Under the pieces are notes generated by a model. It did no database searches and was not told where the DNA came from. It was given only the letters and a program-made list of their open reading frames with translations. Below, piece after piece: positions 25,327 through 34,003 of a DNA stretch of 34,003 bases. The stretch is from an uncultured Pseudomonadota bacterium (GTDB lineage Bacteria > Pseudomonadota > Alphaproteobacteria > Rs-D84 > CACZYB01). Location of the stretch: contig CACZYB010000009.1 of NCBI GenBank assembly GCA_902785275.1, positions 1 through 34,003 of the forward strand, in the 5' to 3' direction. Made by a program: the position numbers and the translations under genes. Within the stretch, counting starts at the first letter, position 1, and every line of letters starts with the position of its first letter.

Positions 25327-26448
25327 TTATCTTTGGATACCATAAATTGCATTTATAAACTTTGCATCTTCGATATCTTTGTTTCGAACATAATCTTCGA
25401 ATGCTTGTTTTTGAGTTCTTACATTCTTGCCATCGAAAACTTTTTGATAAGTTGCTTCGTTTGATGGAACACGCAATTCCCATTTATATGGGCATAATTT
25501 TTCTCTGTTAGCGCCAAGTTCTAAAGCTTCTGGAACAAAGTTCATTTGTTCGATTGTTACAGTTAAATCCAATTTTCTTCTTACTGCTTCAGTTAACAAA
25601 TAATAGTAATCCGCAGCACCAAATTCAGAATCGTTTATATCATAATTATTTGAAAATATTATTCCATCAAATTTTCTTAATGTTTTTAATGTTGAAATAC
25701 GATTACCATCATCATCAAGTCTTTTTGTTATAAGAATAATATTTTGAGAATCTTTCATATTCCTTTTTACAGAATCGTAAAATGCTTCTACTGGAGCAAA
25801 ATCATTTGATTTATCACCTTTTGTGAATGAACGAAGGCCATGGAAAACAACAACACCGTTTCTTCCATCTTCTGCAAACATACGACCTGCTTCAGAGAAT
25901 ACTCTTGTAGAGTTTTCTTTAAAACTTCCATCAGGTAGTGATACACGACCACCCATAAAAAATACTTTTCCGCCTAAATCCAAAGCAGAAAAAACAAAAT
26001 CATCAACGACAGGATTTTTTGCAATAAAATCATTTGCTCTTTTATACATCTCTTCCTTTGTAGGGGATGCAACCAAATCAGCATTGTAACCAGAAATTGA
26101 AACTTTGTTATTTTTTACACGATATTTTTCAATAGCTTCCTCCGGAGCAATAACGGTTAAATCATTAAGATTTTTCAACTCTATATCATAGAATTTATCA
26201 CTTGAAAGAACATAAGAAATATTTTTCTTTTTTAATTTACCAAGTTCGTTAAAAAATTTAATTCCCATATCAGCAGCACTTACAACATTAACAAGATATT
26301 TTTCTTCGGAAATTTTCTTTATTGCTTCTTCAATACTAGTTTCACCAATATCAATAATTTCTTTATTTTTAACATTTTCAAGCAAAGCTTTTACTGTTGA
26401 AGAGTAACCTTTATATTCTTTTTCATTAACAACGCCAATGTATTTCAT
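25327..26448 (-). CDS. Hypothetical protein, possibly a divergent ELM1/GtrOC1-like GT-B fold
   Basis: Start MKYIG after AAAGG. Spacing of YKGYSS..KAL, DLTVIAP, FFMGG and TVTIEQMNFVPEA recalls the ELM1-family GH.NQ, D.VIAP.HD, LIGG and VT.DS.SM..EA motifs. Confidence 0.45.
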   Translation of the reverse strand: MKYIGVVNEKEYKGYSSTVKALLENVKNKEIIDIGETSIEEAIKKISEEKYLVNVVSAADMGIKFFNELGKLKKKNISYVLSSDKFYDIELKNLNDLTVIAPEEAIEKYRVKNNKVSISGYNADLVASPTKEEMYKRANDFIAKNPVVDDFVFSALDLGGKVFFMGGRVSLPDGSFKENSTRVFSEAGRMFAEDGRNGVVVFHGLRSFTKGDKSNDFAPVEAFYDSVKRNMKDSQNIILITKRLDDDGNRISTLKTLRKFDGIIFSNNYDINDSEFGAADYYYLLTEAVRRKLDLTVTIEQMNFVPEALELGANREKLCPYKWELRVPSNEATYQKVFDGKNVRTQKQAFEDYVRNKDIEDAKFINAIYGIQR

Positions 26449-26702
26449 TTTTAAACCTTTCTTTTTGGGCATATATTCTTATAATATCACATCTTAACAT
26501 AATAAGCTATGCTTTTTTTTAAGACGCATCTATAATTTATCATAATATTTTTTTTGTCAAGTATTTTTTAGCCAATAAATATTTTTATTATAAAAATAGC
26601 CTAAAATATGGAAATATTTGGTTGGTTTAGCTATTTTTATTTACAATTTTTACCCTATACATTACTCTAGACACTATGATTTCATAAAGTTATGAGGAAA
26701 AA

Positions 26703-27431
26703 ATGAGTAAACTTCAAGAAACATTCGAAATAAAAACTTATCAATGTAACGAATTTGGGAAAATGAAACTTCGCCAACTTTTTGATTGTTTTCAGGAATT
26801 GGCTGGGGATCAGGCAGATAAACTTGGTGTTGGATACGAAGAATGTTTGAAGAAAAATTGCGCATGGGTTTGTGCAAAATATCACGTCATTATTGATAAG
26901 CTTCCTAAATTCAAAGATAAAATTATTATTAAAACATATCCTAGCAAATTTATGGGGCCAACTGCGATAAGAGAATTTAAAGTAATGGCAGAAAACGGAG
27001 ATTTGTTAATCAAAGCAGTTAGCCAATGGGTACTTATTGATTTGAACAGACTTCGCCCACTTATTGCACAAAATGTATTTGATTGCTCTAAAATAGAGTT
27101 AGAACCAAGTATGGAAATACCTATTAACAAGCTTGATGCAATTGAAAAATACTCGGATGAAAGTTTAATGAATCTAAGGTATGATGATATTGATGTAAAC
27201 CATCATATAAATAATGCAATATACATTTCTTTTGCCGAAGATGCTTTGTTTAAAAATATCAGCAAAGAGTTTGATATAAAAGAAGTAAGTGTCGATTTTA
27301 AAAAGTCTGCAGTGCTTTCGGATAAACAAGTTTTGGTAAAATCAAAATTCATAGAAAAAGATTTTGATTGTGCAATTACAAAGGTTGATGGTTCGGTTGA
27401 CTTTGCCAGAATAAATATAAAAATAAAGTAA
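26703..27431 (+). CDS. Acyl-ACP thioesterase (double hotdog)
   Basis: FQE.AG.QA..LG.G, AWV, SQWVLID...RP, RY.DID.N.H.NN..Y catalytic motif; GAGG SD. Confidence 0.9.
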   Translation: MSKLQETFEIKTYQCNEFGKMKLRQLFDCFQELAGDQADKLGVGYEECLKKNCAWVCAKYHVIIDKLPKFKDKIIIKTYPSKFMGPTAIREFKVMAENGDLLIKAVSQWVLIDLNRLRPLIAQNVFDCSKIELEPSMEIPINKLDAIEKYSDESLMNLRYDDIDVNHHINNAIYISFAEDALFKNISKEFDIKEVSVDFKKSAVLSDKQVLVKSKFIEKDFDCAITKVDGSVDFARINIKIK

Positions 27432-27475
27432 AAAACCCTACTCTGTTTTTTGTTTTCGTATTGTTATGAACGGGT

Positions 27476-27510
27476 AAAAAAAGCCCCTCTTTGATAGAGG
27501 GGCGGTTTTT
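27476..27510. terminator. Bidirectional terminator
   Basis: A-tract GCCCCTCT-TTGAT-AGAGGGGC, T tract. Confidence 0.85.
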
Positions 27511-27707
27511 TATCTTTGATTTTGTTTAATTTTAACTATTATTTTTTCGCACTTAATTTTTCTTTCAATCAAAGCACTTGCGTTATAGTCTGAATTTAAA
27601 CTTAACATAAATTCACAATATTTTTCGATACTGTAAATTTCTTTGGTAAGTTTATTTATTTTTTCTTCTGGGGTACTAAAAGATATAAATTTAGTTACTT
27701 TTTTCAT
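27510..27707 (-). CDS. Small hypothetical protein
   Basis: GAAAGGT SD, 65 aa, helical and hydrophilic, flanked by hairpins. Confidence 0.5.
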   Translation of the reverse strand: MKKVTKFISFSTPEEKINKLTKEIYSIEKYCEFMLSLNSDYNASALIERKIKCEKIIVKIKQNQR

Positions 27708-27726
27708 TTTTTACCTTTCTGTATTT

Positions 27727-27752
27727 AAACCCCGAAATGAATCGGGGGTTAT
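27727..27752 (-). terminator. Hairpin after tpiA
   Basis: AACCCCGA..TCGGGGTT-type inverted repeat. Confidence 0.6.
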
Positions 27753-27772
27753 TTGATTATTCGACGCAGTGA

Positions 27773-28531
27773 TTATACACTCGCCATTGCGATATCCCAA
27801 AAATCATCAGCTTTAAGTGATGCACCACCAACAAGAACACCATCAACATCTTTTAATGAGAAAATGTCCTTTGCATTGCTTGGTTTTACACTACCACCAT
27901 AAAGAATTGATACATTTTGTGAACCGAATCTTTTTTCTGCAACTTCACGAATCTTTGTGTGAACATCGATAATATCTTGAAGTGTAGCAACTTTACCTGT
28001 ACCGATTGCCCATACTGGTTCGTATGCAATGATGATATTTTCGATTGTTGCGTTTGCAGGAACTGAATTCAAGAATTGTTCTTCAATAACACTTAAAGCT
28101 GTTCCATTTTCTTTTTGTTCCAATGTTTCACCAATACAAATAATTGGAGTTAAACCTTGATTTAGTGCAGATTCTGCTTTCTTTGCAACAATTTCATTTG
28201 TTTCGCCATAATATGAACGACGTTCTGAATGACCCAAAATTACAAAGTTTGCGCCGATATCTTTTACCATAACTGGAGAAATTTCACCAGTATATGCACC
28301 GTTAAGTTTATCACTGCAATTTTGTGCTCCAACTTTTATTTGAGAACCATCAACCATTGATACAACTTCAGAAAGAAGGGTTGCCGGTGGGCAAATAATC
28401 ATTTCGAAACCCAATTTTTCATCAGGTGTTTCAAATTTAGCAAGAAGATCATTTGTAAGCTTCCATGCGTCGTTTTTAAGGCCGTTCATCTTCCAATTAC
28501 CGGCAATTATTTTCTTATTTGTAAAAGACAT
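27773..28531 (-). CDS. tpiA: Triosephosphate isomerase
   Basis: AGNWKMN, ILGHSERR, AYEPVWAIGTG, LYGGSV, LVGGASL. Confidence 0.99.
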   Translation of the reverse strand: MSFTNKKIIAGNWKMNGLKNDAWKLTNDLLAKFETPDEKLGFEMIICPPATLLSEVVSMVDGSQIKVGAQNCSDKLNGAYTGEISPVMVKDIGANFVILGHSERRSYYGETNEIVAKKAESALNQGLTPIICIGETLEQKENGTALSVIEEQFLNSVPANATIENIIIAYEPVWAIGTGKVATLQDIIDVHTKIREVAEKRFGSQNVSILYGGSVKPSNAKDIFSLKDVDGVLVGGASLKADDFWDIAMASV

Positions 28532-28652
28532 TTTATACTCCTTTTTTATTTATTAAAAATTTTTTTCAATATTTTAAATATTTTACTTGTTTTAACATAT
28601 TTATTTTGGTATTTCTATATAAAAGTTAATTTTTTTTAAGAAAGGTGGAAAA

Positions 28653-30155
28653 ATGATAGAAAAAATGAGAAAAACCTCTGAAACTGTTATCGCAAAATTT
28701 TTATTTGCCTTAATTACATTAAGTTTTGTATTTTTTGGCTTTACCGGTGACTTTGGAAGTTCAGGAAATACTGCATTAAAGGTTGGAGGTAGAGAAGTTT
28801 CCATCCAAGAACTTGACGAAGAATTACGTAGACAGATTGCTCAATTCAAAGAAAAAACAAATATTCCTAACTTTAATTATAAGCAAGCTTTACAAATGGG
28901 ACTTGTCGACCAGATTGTTGATAATATGGTTTATCGTTTACTTCTTGATTTAGAAGCAAAAGACCAAGGAATCCTTGTTTCTGACGATAAAATTTATGAA
29001 ATAATTAAAAATACAAAGATGTTCCAGGATGACAAAGGCAACTTTTCTCCTGAACAATTTGCTTATATCCTTGATAAAAACAATGTATCAGAACAACAAT
29101 TTATAAATGAAGTTTCCAACGATATTGCAAGACAAATCCTTATGAATTCACTTACAAGCAATGTGGAACATTCCTATATTTCTGAACTTCTTTATAAAAA
29201 CAAGAATGAAAAAAGAGTTTTTGATGTTGTTTCATTTAAGGTTGATAATGAAAAAGTTTCTGCAAACCCTACTGATGTTGAATTAAAAGATATTTATGAA
29301 GCAAATAAAAATTCATTTGTTCAACCAGAATACAGAAAAATTTCTTATATAACTATCACTCCAGAAATGGCGATTAAATTCAGAAATATCAAAAAAACTG
29401 ATGATGACAAGATTTACAGAACCATGATTGAAATGGGTGAAAACGTTATTGATGAAATCAATGGTGGTGCAAAGATTGATGAAATTGTAAAAACTTTTGG
29501 TATATCAAAAACTTTGCTTCCTGATTTGGATGTTGAAGGTAAAAAGCGTGACGGCATTGCATTTAAAGACAAAGTATTTACTCAAAAATACCGTGACATA
29601 GCTTTCTTTGCCCTTGATGAAAAAGGTATAAGTGATGTTTTGGATAATGGCGATAACGTATTACTTATCTTAGTAGAAAAGGTTTTCCCTTCTGCTCCTA
29701 AATCATTTGAAACTGTAAAGGGTGAAATTAAAAAGATTTGGACAAGAGATACTCAGGTTGCACAAGCTCAAGAAAAACTTAACAAGGTTATTTCAGGACT
29801 TTCTACTGATGAAAAATTTGCAAATGTTGTTAAAAAAGTTGATGCAAATGCGAATCCATTACTTAATGCAGAAACAGGAAGATTTAACAACCTTTACACA
29901 GCTGACTTTTTAACAAAACTTTTCGCAAGCGAAGTTAACAAGCCATTCTCTTCTGTATCAAAAGATGTTTATTATGTTGCAGTGTTAAGAGATATAAAAA
30001 TCCCAGAAATAAAAGATAAAGCGGATTTCGAAAAGTTCCATTCTCAGGAAAAATCTAACTTTGCAAATGTAATAGTTGATAACTATATGAACCATCTTTA
30101 CAAGAAATATGGTGTAAAGAAATACGACAAAGTTATTCAAAGACTTTTTAATTAA
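28653..30155 (+). CDS. ppiD: PpiD/SurA-N-domain periplasmic chaperone
   Basis: MIEKMRK..LFALITLSFVFFG anchor, FQD..G.F, PEYRKISYI; divergent from tpiA as in other alphaproteobacteria. Confidence 0.8.
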   Translation: MIEKMRKTSETVIAKFLFALITLSFVFFGFTGDFGSSGNTALKVGGREVSIQELDEELRRQIAQFKEKTNIPNFNYKQALQMGLVDQIVDNMVYRLLLDLEAKDQGILVSDDKIYEIIKNTKMFQDDKGNFSPEQFAYILDKNNVSEQQFINEVSNDIARQILMNSLTSNVEHSYISELLYKNKNEKRVFDVVSFKVDNEKVSANPTDVELKDIYEANKNSFVQPEYRKISYITITPEMAIKFRNIKKTDDDKIYRTMIEMGENVIDEINGGAKIDEIVKTFGISKTLLPDLDVEGKKRDGIAFKDKVFTQKYRDIAFFALDEKGISDVLDNGDNVLLILVEKVFPSAPKSFETVKGEIKKIWTRDTQVAQAQEKLNKVISGLSTDEKFANVVKKVDANANPLLNAETGRFNNLYTADFLTKLFASEVNKPFSSVSKDVYYVAVLRDIKIPEIKDKADFEKFHSQEKSNFANVIVDNYMNHLYKKYGVKKYDKVIQRLFN

Positions 30156-30184
30156 GAACTATTTTACAAAAAATAGTTTTACCC

Positions 30185-30218
30185 TACCCCCATTGATAAG
30201 ACATTGGGGGTAATTTTT
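30185..30218 (+). terminator. Terminator after ppiD
   Basis: TACCCCCA..TGGGGGTA followed by T residues. Confidence 0.65.
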
Positions 30219-30276
30219 CGAAAATATAATAATTCAAACGAGCGTTTGAAAAATCCCGTTTCTAATTTTAAGATAA

Positions 30277-30307
30277 AAAAAACAAAGCCCCCAAATGGGA
30301 GCTTTTT
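30277..30307 (-). terminator. Terminator after the 411-aa gene
   Basis: AAAGCTCCCA..GGGGGCTTT followed by a T tract on the minus strand. Confidence 0.65.
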
Positions 30308-30327
30308 ACTTTTAAATTAAAGAAATT

Positions 30328-31563
30328 TTATAGTGCACGCTCACATTTTTCGGCCATCTCACTATCTTTCTTTGCCTTTGAAATAGAAGTTGCAGAAAGT
30401 ACAGTAGATGTTGCAGATGTACCCATTGTTACACCAGCCAAAATGTTTGATGCAATGTTAAGCTTTTTCTCCTTTTTCTTTCCGGCTTCGGAATCATCAT
30501 TACGAACACTGTCTTTGTTTGCCATTAATGATGTTACAGTACCAGCACCAGCAGTAGCAGTACCAATACCAGAAACAACAGCAGATGCAGTCATTCTTGT
30601 TTTTAAAGTCTTGATATTGTCTTCATCGAATCCGGTACATACGGAAAGAATATTTTGTGCAGTTGCAACAACAGCAGGCTCCTGCTCATCTTCCAATATT
30701 GCAACCAATGTATTTTTTGCAATTTGAAGTTCTGAAAGCTTTTTATTACAGCTGGACATTTTTTCTGCCAACTTTGATGCATTCATAACAGCACCAACAG
30801 ATGTACCTGTTGATACAGCAGATGTTACAGTAGCACCAGCCATAAGACCAGTACGAACATTACCAAGAGTTTTGGATTTTTTATTTAGCTTTTCTTGGGT
30901 TCCGTCTGTAATAAGCTCATTTATTTCATCAATTTTAGACTCGAATGAGGCAATATCTTCTTCTTTGCCGGATGCAGAAGCTTTTTTGAAAGCTTCAAGC
31001 AATTCGTTATTTTCTTCAATCTTTTTATCTGTTGATGATTTTACAAGACCAACAGCTAAAGCACCACCAGCAGCCGCAGTACCCAGACCAGAAGATACAG
31101 TTGTAGCAACAGTCAAACCAAAGATTGTATCAATGTTTGATTTAATGCCGGAACATTCACTTCTTACTTCTTCAATCTTTTGAGAAAGTGCAGATGATGC
31201 ATTATTTATTTCCACAGTCTTTTTTTCATTTTCTTTTTTGTTTAGATTTGCAATGATTTGATTACTTGCTTGAAGTTCTTCCTTAACAACAGCCCTTACT
31301 GCATCAACATCATTTGTAACACTATTATCGATAATATTTGTTTCAATCACAGGTGCAGATGCAGGAGTTACAGCAGGTTGTTCTTCGGCAACAGTTGTTT
31401 TTAACTCTTCAACAACAGTCTTTAACTTTTTTTCCATTTTTTTAGTAGAAGAAAATCTTTTTTTATTAGATCCAGCACGTTTTCGTGATGGCTTTGAATA
31501 TACAACAGCAGATTCAAAAGAAAGAGCTAATACCAAGGTTAATACAGAAACTTTTTTAAACAT
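30328..31563 (-). CDS. Secreted protein with two tandem Cys-bracketed Gly/Ala/Thr-rich helical hairpins
   Basis: Signal peptide, basic KPSRKRAGSNKKR segment, coiled coil, internal duplication (VSSGLGTAAAGG / VVSGIGTATAGA); 4 Cys. Confidence 0.85.
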   Translation of the reverse strand: MFKKVSVLTLVLALSFESAVVYSKPSRKRAGSNKKRFSSTKKMEKKLKTVVEELKTTVAEEQPAVTPASAPVIETNIIDNSVTNDVDAVRAVVKEELQASNQIIANLNKKENEKKTVEINNASSALSQKIEEVRSECSGIKSNIDTIFGLTVATTVSSGLGTAAAGGALAVGLVKSSTDKKIEENNELLEAFKKASASGKEEDIASFESKIDEINELITDGTQEKLNKKSKTLGNVRTGLMAGATVTSAVSTGTSVGAVMNASKLAEKMSSCNKKLSELQIAKNTLVAILEDEQEPAVVATAQNILSVCTGFDEDNIKTLKTRMTASAVVSGIGTATAGAGTVTSLMANKDSVRNDDSEAGKKKEKKLNIASNILAGVTMGTSATSTVLSATSISKAKKDSEMAEKCERAL

Positions 31564-31572
31564 TTTTATTCC

Positions 31573-32661
31573 TTAATTAATTTGTGTAACAGAACAGTCA
31601 TTATTAATTTTAAATTTTCGAATTTTTCCAAAAGTGGAAATACAATCAAAACTATGTTCTTCAGGATTACCTTGCACATCATCAACCCAACACTTTTTAT
31701 AATTTAACATAGTTTCTTTAATTTTTTCTCTATCATTTGCACATGGACCACTACTACTTTCTTCTGTTGATTTAGGAGAAGATTGAGTCTGTGTATCATT
31801 TGAAGAAGTTAAATCAGTAACAGAACAGTTATCATTAACTTTAAATTTTTTACGACCACAAGTACAAACACCATCGTTTGAACAATCTATCCCTGTCAAA
31901 CTACACGATTTTACTGCAGAATAACCTACATCATAAATTTTCTGCATATTATTTTTACAATCTGTAGATTGTCTTGACGAATCAATATTAACAACATCAA
32001 TTGCACCAAAACTATTACTACTTGATGAGAATGGACCAATTGCAACAATAAACTTTTTTTCATTACATAAAGAAGTATCCGCCTCACAGGAAATAAATTT
32101 TGGACTTTTAGCTTTACTTACAACATCACTATAGTCAGCAGAATTTTCTTCCTTTGATAACTCGGAACAAATACTTTTTGACATTGTTGAAATTCCTCTA
32201 TTACGGAAAGAACTTTTTACCAAATCACGATTATTTCCACTATCAAAAACAAGGTAATATCCTGATGACATTCCGAATACACCTTTCTCTATACCAACAG
32301 AAGCATAGCCAATATCACTTACACATTTTTTATATTTATCATCATTTTTGCCTTCTCCATTTTCCACATCACTATTTTTCTTTCTTCTTGATTTTCCCTT
32401 ATGAAGAGCTTCAAATAACTTTGGATTACGAAGACAAGATTTCATATCTTCCATGCTTTGTTCGTAATTTTCATAAGTATCTACAACAAACTCCAATGAT
32501 GGGCAATAAACAGATTGCATTTCATTGACTGTTTCCTCTATATTTTTAAATGATTTTGCACATTCTTCGCCCTGAAGGTCTTTTCTTACCCAATCAGGAC
32601 AGTTTGCAGATGCATCTATTGAGAATAACCCCAATAATATTGGTAAATAATATTTTTTCAT
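31573..32661 (-). CDS. Secreted Cys-rich hypothetical protein with duplicated C-terminal module
   Basis: MKKYYLPILLGLFSIDASA| signal; GGAGG SD; RKKFKVNDNCSVT / IRKFKINNDCSVT repeat. Confidence 0.8.
   Translation of the reverse strand: MKKYYLPILLGLFSIDASANCPDWVRKDLQGEECAKSFKNIEETVNEMQSVYCPSLEFVVDTYENYEQSMEDMKSCLRNPKLFEALHKGKSRRKKNSDVENGEGKNDDKYKKCVSDIGYASVGIEKGVFGMSSGYYLVFDSGNNRDLVKSSFRNRGISTMSKSICSELSKEENSADYSDVVSKAKSPKFISCEADTSLCNEKKFIVAIGPFSSSSNSFGAIDVVNIDSSRQSTDCKNNMQKIYDVGYSAVKSCSLTGIDCSNDGVCTCGRKKFKVNDNCSVTDLTSSNDTQTQSSPKSTEESSSGPCANDREKIKETMLNYKKCWVDDVQGNPEEHSFDCISTFGKIRKFKINNDCSVTQIN
31586..31854. repeat. Imperfect ~35-bp direct repeat pair inside the 362-aa gene
   Basis: gtaacagaacagtcattattaattttaaatttt (from 31586) vs gtaacagaacagttatcattaactttaaatttt (from 31817). 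Confidence 0.7.
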
Positions 32662-32716
32662 TTTTCCTCCGTGTTCTTATTTAGTATACACTAAAATAGG
32701 AAGATACTCAAATGAA

Positions 32717-33313
32717 TTAAATATTTTTTCTTTGTTTTAAAGCTTCGGAGATAGTACCTTCGTCAAGATAGTCAAGCTCACCACCGATTGGAACACCGTG
32801 GGCAAGTTCGGAAATTCTAACACCAGTATCTTTTAAAAGATTTATGATATAGTGAGATGTAATCTTTGCATCAACGGTTGCAGGAAGAGCCAAAATAATT
32901 TCCTCTATTCCTTCACTTCTTACACGATGAGGAAGAGATGCAAGGTTCAAATCATTTGGTTCAATTCCGTTTATCGCGGAAAGAATTCCTCCGGTTATAT
33001 GATACTTGCCATTAAAAATATCACCACGTTCCATAGCCCAAAGTGATGAAATATCAGGAACTATACAAAGTAACTTTCCATCCCTTTTTGTATCAGAACA
33101 AATTGAACAAGGTGTACAAGTATCAAAATTTCCACAGATAGGACAAGTAGAAATATTCTTTTCAACATCAATTAACGCCTTTATTAACGGAGTTAATTTT
33201 TCCGATTTATTTGAAATCAAATTTATTGTGGCACGCACAGCAGATCTGTTTCCAAAACCTTGGATTTTAGAAAGTGCTTTAATTAAATTTGTAATTTCTT
33301 CGGATTGACGCAT
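32717..33313 (-). CDS. recR: Recombination protein RecR
   Basis: HhH GFG.RSA.R, C4 zinc finger CPIC..PCSIC, TOPRIM, GVPIGGELDYLDEGT. Confidence 0.97.
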   Translation of the reverse strand: MRQSEEITNLIKALSKIQGFGNRSAVRATINLISNKSEKLTPLIKALIDVEKNISTCPICGNFDTCTPCSICSDTKRDGKLLCIVPDISSLWAMERGDIFNGKYHITGGILSAINGIEPNDLNLASLPHRVRSEGIEEIILALPATVDAKITSHYIINLLKDTGVRISELAHGVPIGGELDYLDEGTISEALKQRKNI

Positions 33314-33316
33314 AAA

Positions 33317-34003
33317 TTATTTATCCTTTGGTTCATCTTCTAATATGCAATCGATTAGAAGCATTTCAGCAGTTTTTTTATTTCTTTCCTTAAATACTGA
33401 CTCTTTAAGTAAAGTATAAAGAAGTGCTTCTTCGTATCCTGCCAATGTTCCACAATCAAGATATGTTTTTGCAATTGGGAATGTACGAATTGCCATATGT
33501 TCTGGATCTTTTTTCACTTCATCATTAAGGTACTTATCAAAATGTATTTCTTTACCTTCTGTTGTCCAAAGATTATATTCTTCGGTTCCAACTGTATCAA
33601 TTTTTGTTGCAACTTCTTCTAAACGTTTACCAACTTTTGCATCAAAGATTGCAAGTGTTTGGAATGCTTCGTTTGATTTTGATTCCTTTGGCTTTTCCTT
33701 AAATATACCCTCATCAATAATACCCCAACGAGATGGATCATCAACATGACGTGTGATAAACATATTTCCACCAATACCATCAGCAATATACTTTTCGATA
33801 CATCTTTGAACTACTGGTTTACGAAGGTTTGCTTCTGGAGCACAATGGTTTGGAATAACAATATCATCTGGCATACGAACAACCAAATGACGGCCACCAG
33901 CAACTTTGTTTGCAAGACCGATTGCGTGACCCAATCCCTTTGGCTCATGTTGGATTACATACTTTATTTCAACATCTTCTGGAACATAAACACTTTGAAG
34001 AAG
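33317..34003 (-). CDS. UTP--glucose-1-phosphate uridylyltransferase-like nucleotidyltransferase (5' end outside window)
   Basis: Frame open to the window edge: YVIQHEPKGLGHAI, MPDD, FKEKP, YLDCGT..GY, i.e. GalU/GalF-type motifs. Confidence 0.75.
   Translation of the reverse strand, partial: LLQSVYVPEDVEIKYVIQHEPKGLGHAIGLANKVAGGRHLVVRMPDDIVIPNHCAPEANLRKPVVQRCIEKYIADGIGGNMFITRHVDDPSRWGIIDEGIFKEKPKESKSNEAFQTLAIFDAKVGKRLEEVATKIDTVGTEEYNLWTTEGKEIHFDKYLNDEVKKDPEHMAIRTFPIAKTYLDCGTLAGYEEALLYTLLKESVFKERNKKTAEMLLIDCILEDEPKDK

Noticed and set aside
363-33308. Numerous short antisense/overlapping ORFs in the track (e.g. 363-683, 4128-4580, 10147-10626, 15382-15870, 32154-32528)
   Set aside because: Shadows of well-supported genes on the opposite strand or in another frame; no SD or recognisable motifs

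Overview
Gene-dense, visibly AT-rich chromosomal window from an alphaproteobacterium, judged by GcrA, a two-piece circularly permuted tmRNA with a GGCGGUA T-loop, and the rodZ-hisS-prfA and tpiA/ppiD gene orders. It is probably a small-genome, host-associated uncultured lineage (inference). The housekeeping backbone comprises rplM-rpsI-rpsT, dusB-rodZ-hisS-prfA, ftsB, gcrA, rpmH-rnpA, ssrA, corA, tRNA-Gln(CUG), tpiA, ppiD, recR and a partial galU-like gene. The most striking accessory content is an A24 prepilin-peptidase gene followed by four tandem paralogous secreted Cys-rich proteins. Each has a basic segment after the signal peptide and a variable Gly/Ala-rich hydrophobic insert bracketed by two conserved Cys. 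A fifth protein at 30.3-31.6 kb uses the same Cys-bracketed hairpin design twice. Together they are a candidate multi-component membrane-inserting (pore/translocon/fusogen-like) system. Also notable are two proteins built from six ~56-aa HTH repeats with a palindromic operator-like site, a 943-aa membrane protein with an apparent internal promoter/RBS/start, and no TGA stop among 35 gene ends. No CRISPR array, integrase or transposase catalytic domain was seen. All family assignments are by-eye motif recognition; no database searches were run.
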